Below the pieces are notes generated by a model. That model did no database searches, was not told the DNA's origin, and was given only the letters and a program-made list of their open reading frames with translations. Both the position numbers and the translations under genes were made by a program. Below, one piece after another: positions 42,726 through 44,665 of a stretch of DNA of 44,665 bases. Positions within the stretch are counted from its first letter, which is position 1. Every line of letters begins with the position of its first letter. Source of the stretch: an uncultured Candidatus Saccharibacteria bacterium (GTDB lineage Bacteria > Patescibacteriota > Minisyncoccia > UBA6257 > Colwellbacteraceae); assembly GCA_964609135.1 (NCBI GenBank), contig CAZSQQ010000001.1, forward strand, positions 1 through 44,665, in the 5' to 3' direction.

Positions 42726-44210
42726 TCACTTACGCCTCAATACCTCTCCTCTTCCGCCTAATTCCATTCTTTTGCCGCCGAGCACGGTTTCTTTCACTTG
42801 GTAGTCGGTTTTGCCGAGAAGGACCAAATCGGCCACCTTGCCTTCCTTCACCACTCCCCTGCCCTTCAGATCAAGGAAACTCGCGGGAACCGAAGTGATT
42901 TTCTTCACAGCCGTTTCTATCGGAAAAAGCTTATTGCCCATAACTATTTCCAGGAATTTGGGAAAGGTATTGGTGGAGCGGTCGTGCTTAAGACATTTCG
43001 GAGTATCGGGCAACGAGTTGCCGTTAGAACTGATGAAAGCCCTATCCTCTTTCATCGTTTGAAGCAACATTTCGGAATTGATGTTTCGATAAAAAACTGT
43101 GGCTTTCATTTTTGTTATAGCCATCACTTTTAAGAGCCCCTCGGCGGGAGAGAGATCTGTGCCTGCGATTATTTGAGACAAAGTCTTGCCGATAAAATAG
43201 TCGGCTTTATCAGCAGTTGCAATTTTTAAATCTTCCGGATTTAAGTCTTTTAATTCTTTTACTATCTTCTTCACGTTTTCTTTATGTCTCAAGTTCTCAA
43301 GAGTTTTTTCCAGATTTTCTTCCTGTACCCACTTGGGTAAAATCATGTATATGGGAAGTACACTTGTATCATAGGGGTAAACGTCAAAGTGGAGGTTAGC
43401 TGTCGCCGAATTATTTTTGATTACTTCCAGCGCTTGGCTGAATTGATTTTCAAAACCGTTAATCGGACGAAAGTGGCTGACAACAGTTTTAATCCCCGTG
43501 TCCTTGGCAATTTTCAGAGTTTCCTCAATCGAGCCCAATATTCCCTCGGTTTCGCTTCGGAGATGCGTCGTATAAATACCATGAACTTTCTTCAGGAGCC
43601 CTACCAATTCTCTAATTTCTCTTATTGAAGTAGAACGACTGTGGAGATATTCAAGTCCGGTAGATAGCCCGAAGGCACCTTCATCCAGGGCGCGGCTTAA
43701 AACTTTTTTGAAAACCCATAATTCCTTTAAAGTTAAATCCCTATCCTCATCGCCGACAAGGGCTCTTTTCACGGTTCCGTGACCCGCTAAAGTGCCGAAA
43801 TTAACTCCCAGCGGCAGCTTATCCAATGATGAGAGAAATTCTCGAGTCGTATGCCAGTTCACGTTAATCGAATGCGGGTCAGCCCATTTTCTTATTGATT
43901 CCAGGGTCCCGTACAAAAGCGGTGCCAAGGATGATCCGCAGTGTCCTCCCAAAATTGTCGTCACTCCTTGGGCGGTGAAATCAGTCTGTCGAGGATTCGT
44001 AAAAAGCGTAAGATAGTGATCGGAGGTGGCATTAACGTCAATAAAGCCGGGGGTAAGGTAGTTTCCCAAGCCGTCAATCACCAGGTCGGCGTCTTTGCCT
44101 TTAAGATTGCCGATGGCGGAGATCAGATTTTTCTGCACCAAGACATCCGCTTTGTACGGAGCCAGGCCCTCACCATCAACAATCTGGACTTCCTTGATTA
44201 GGAGACTCAT
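42726..44210 (-). CDS. N-acyl-D-amino-acid deacylase (D-aminoacylase)-like amidohydrolase with degenerate metal site
   Basis: ADVLV...I.AIG, PGFID, QGVTT..G.CG.S, GAFGLSTGLEY, THLRSE and G..ADLV motifs. Confidence 0.85.
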   Translation of the reverse strand: MSLLIKEVQIVDGEGLAPYKADVLVQKNLISAIGNLKGKDADLVIDGLGNYLTPGFIDVNATSDHYLTLFTNPRQTDFTAQGVTTILGGHCGSSLAPLLYGTLESIRKWADPHSINVNWHTTREFLSSLDKLPLGVNFGTLAGHGTVKRALVGDEDRDLTLKELWVFKKVLSRALDEGAFGLSTGLEYLHSRSTSIREIRELVGLLKKVHGIYTTHLRSETEGILGSIEETLKIAKDTGIKTVVSHFRPINGFENQFSQALEVIKNNSATANLHFDVYPYDTSVLPIYMILPKWVQEENLEKTLENLRHKENVKKIVKELKDLNPEDLKIATADKADYFIGKTLSQIIAGTDLSPAEGLLKVMAITKMKATVFYRNINSEMLLQTMKEDRAFISSNGNSLPDTPKCLKHDRSTNTFPKFLEIVMGNKLFPIETAVKKITSVPASFLDLKGRGVVKEGKVADLVLLGKTDYQVKETVLGGKRMELGGRGEVLRRK

Positions 44211-44286
44211 ACCAAAGTCTATTATATATTGAAAGCCAGATTTACAGCAGTAAGGTGGAGATTAAAGCGCGCCAGACCACGGGGGC

Positions 44287-44603
44287 TTGACTTATTTTTA
44301 TGATTGTAGTAAGGTGATAGTATCGCGTGGAGAGGGGACGTGAAAAGTATGCCGATTTGATCGGCAAGAAGCGGCCTCTGAACGCAGAGGGTCCGCACAA
44401 CTTCAGTCGCGTCCGCCTCGTCGCGAGCACGCGACCCAGCACCTCGAAAAAAGGAGGGCACGGAATTGGAGAACTTCCAGCTCATCGACACGACGTAGCG
44501 GAAGAAGACGCCAGACCGAAGCAAGCTGATGGGGCAGCCTCTGCTCCGGTCCGCCAAAACAAGTCCCTTCCCATCAGGCCGGCTCCCCCCATGGAGCCGG
44601 CCT
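44287..44603 (+). other. Probable decayed GC-rich cassette 7 (promoter, coding-like remnant, terminator)
   Basis: TTGACT-17-TAAGGT; GC-rich coding-like sequence without a clean ORF; AGGCCGGCTCC/GGAGCCGGCCT hairpin at 44576-44603. Confidence 0.4.
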
Positions 44604-44665
44604 TCCCTAAATTAATTTGTCCAAAAAGAAAATTACGAGCCCCAGTCCCGCGAAGATCACTGAAA

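Noticed and set aside
291-44557. Numerous 60-190-aa antisense or overlapping ORFs in the track (e.g. 1378-1740, 7099-7539, 9321-9755, 31992-32549, 44222-44557)
   Set aside because: They are shadows of well-supported genes or RNAs on the other strand or frame and carry no recognisable motifs.
1-44665. Genetic code 25 (TGA=Gly), rRNA genes, CRISPR arrays, integrase or transposase
   Set aside because: Conserved genes end normally at TGA and are full length in code 11; no rRNA signatures, regularly spaced repeats or recombinase motifs were seen.

Overview
Compact chromosomal segment, most likely from a Patescibacteria/CPR (Parcubacteria-like) bacterium using the standard code 11. This assignment is inferred from abutting or overlapping genes, apparent leaderless starts, a short ProRS and HolB, and CPR-type surface proteins. 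The backbone is housekeeping: map; murA-mreB-holB-frr-rseP-proS-mreB-mreC-mreD-mrdA-galT-dedA-tpiA; pgk-DHH-yjjX-rnhA; rnpB; tRNA-Gln(CUG); fmt/def; S41 protease; rplI/rpmA; M23 peptidase; gltX; murG-ftsW. Two accessory layers stand out. (1) An AT-rich defence-like operon after tpiA: a frameshift-split type IIG restriction-modification gene whose end overlaps the start of a ~592-aa non-retron, non-intron reverse transcriptase (UG/Abi-like, with a helical C-terminus), followed by two small ORFs. (2) At least six or seven dispersed GC-rich single-gene mini-cassettes sharing one architecture: sigma70 promoter, boxA-like GTTCTTTAAC element, a leader arm, one ORF with a strong SD, a trailer arm at or near the stop codon that is complementary to the leader arm (clear in 4-5 cassettes), and a terminator hairpin. 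This resembles a pre-rRNA-type closed loop enclosing an mRNA. Other oddities: a duplicated rnpB promoter and 5' end bracketing a 1.3-kb insert, a 365-bp identical tract between two otherwise diverged tandem paralogs, REP-like palindromes (including inside RNase P RNA), and short ORFs missed by the ORF track. All calls come from manual reading of motifs; no database searches or folding programs were run.
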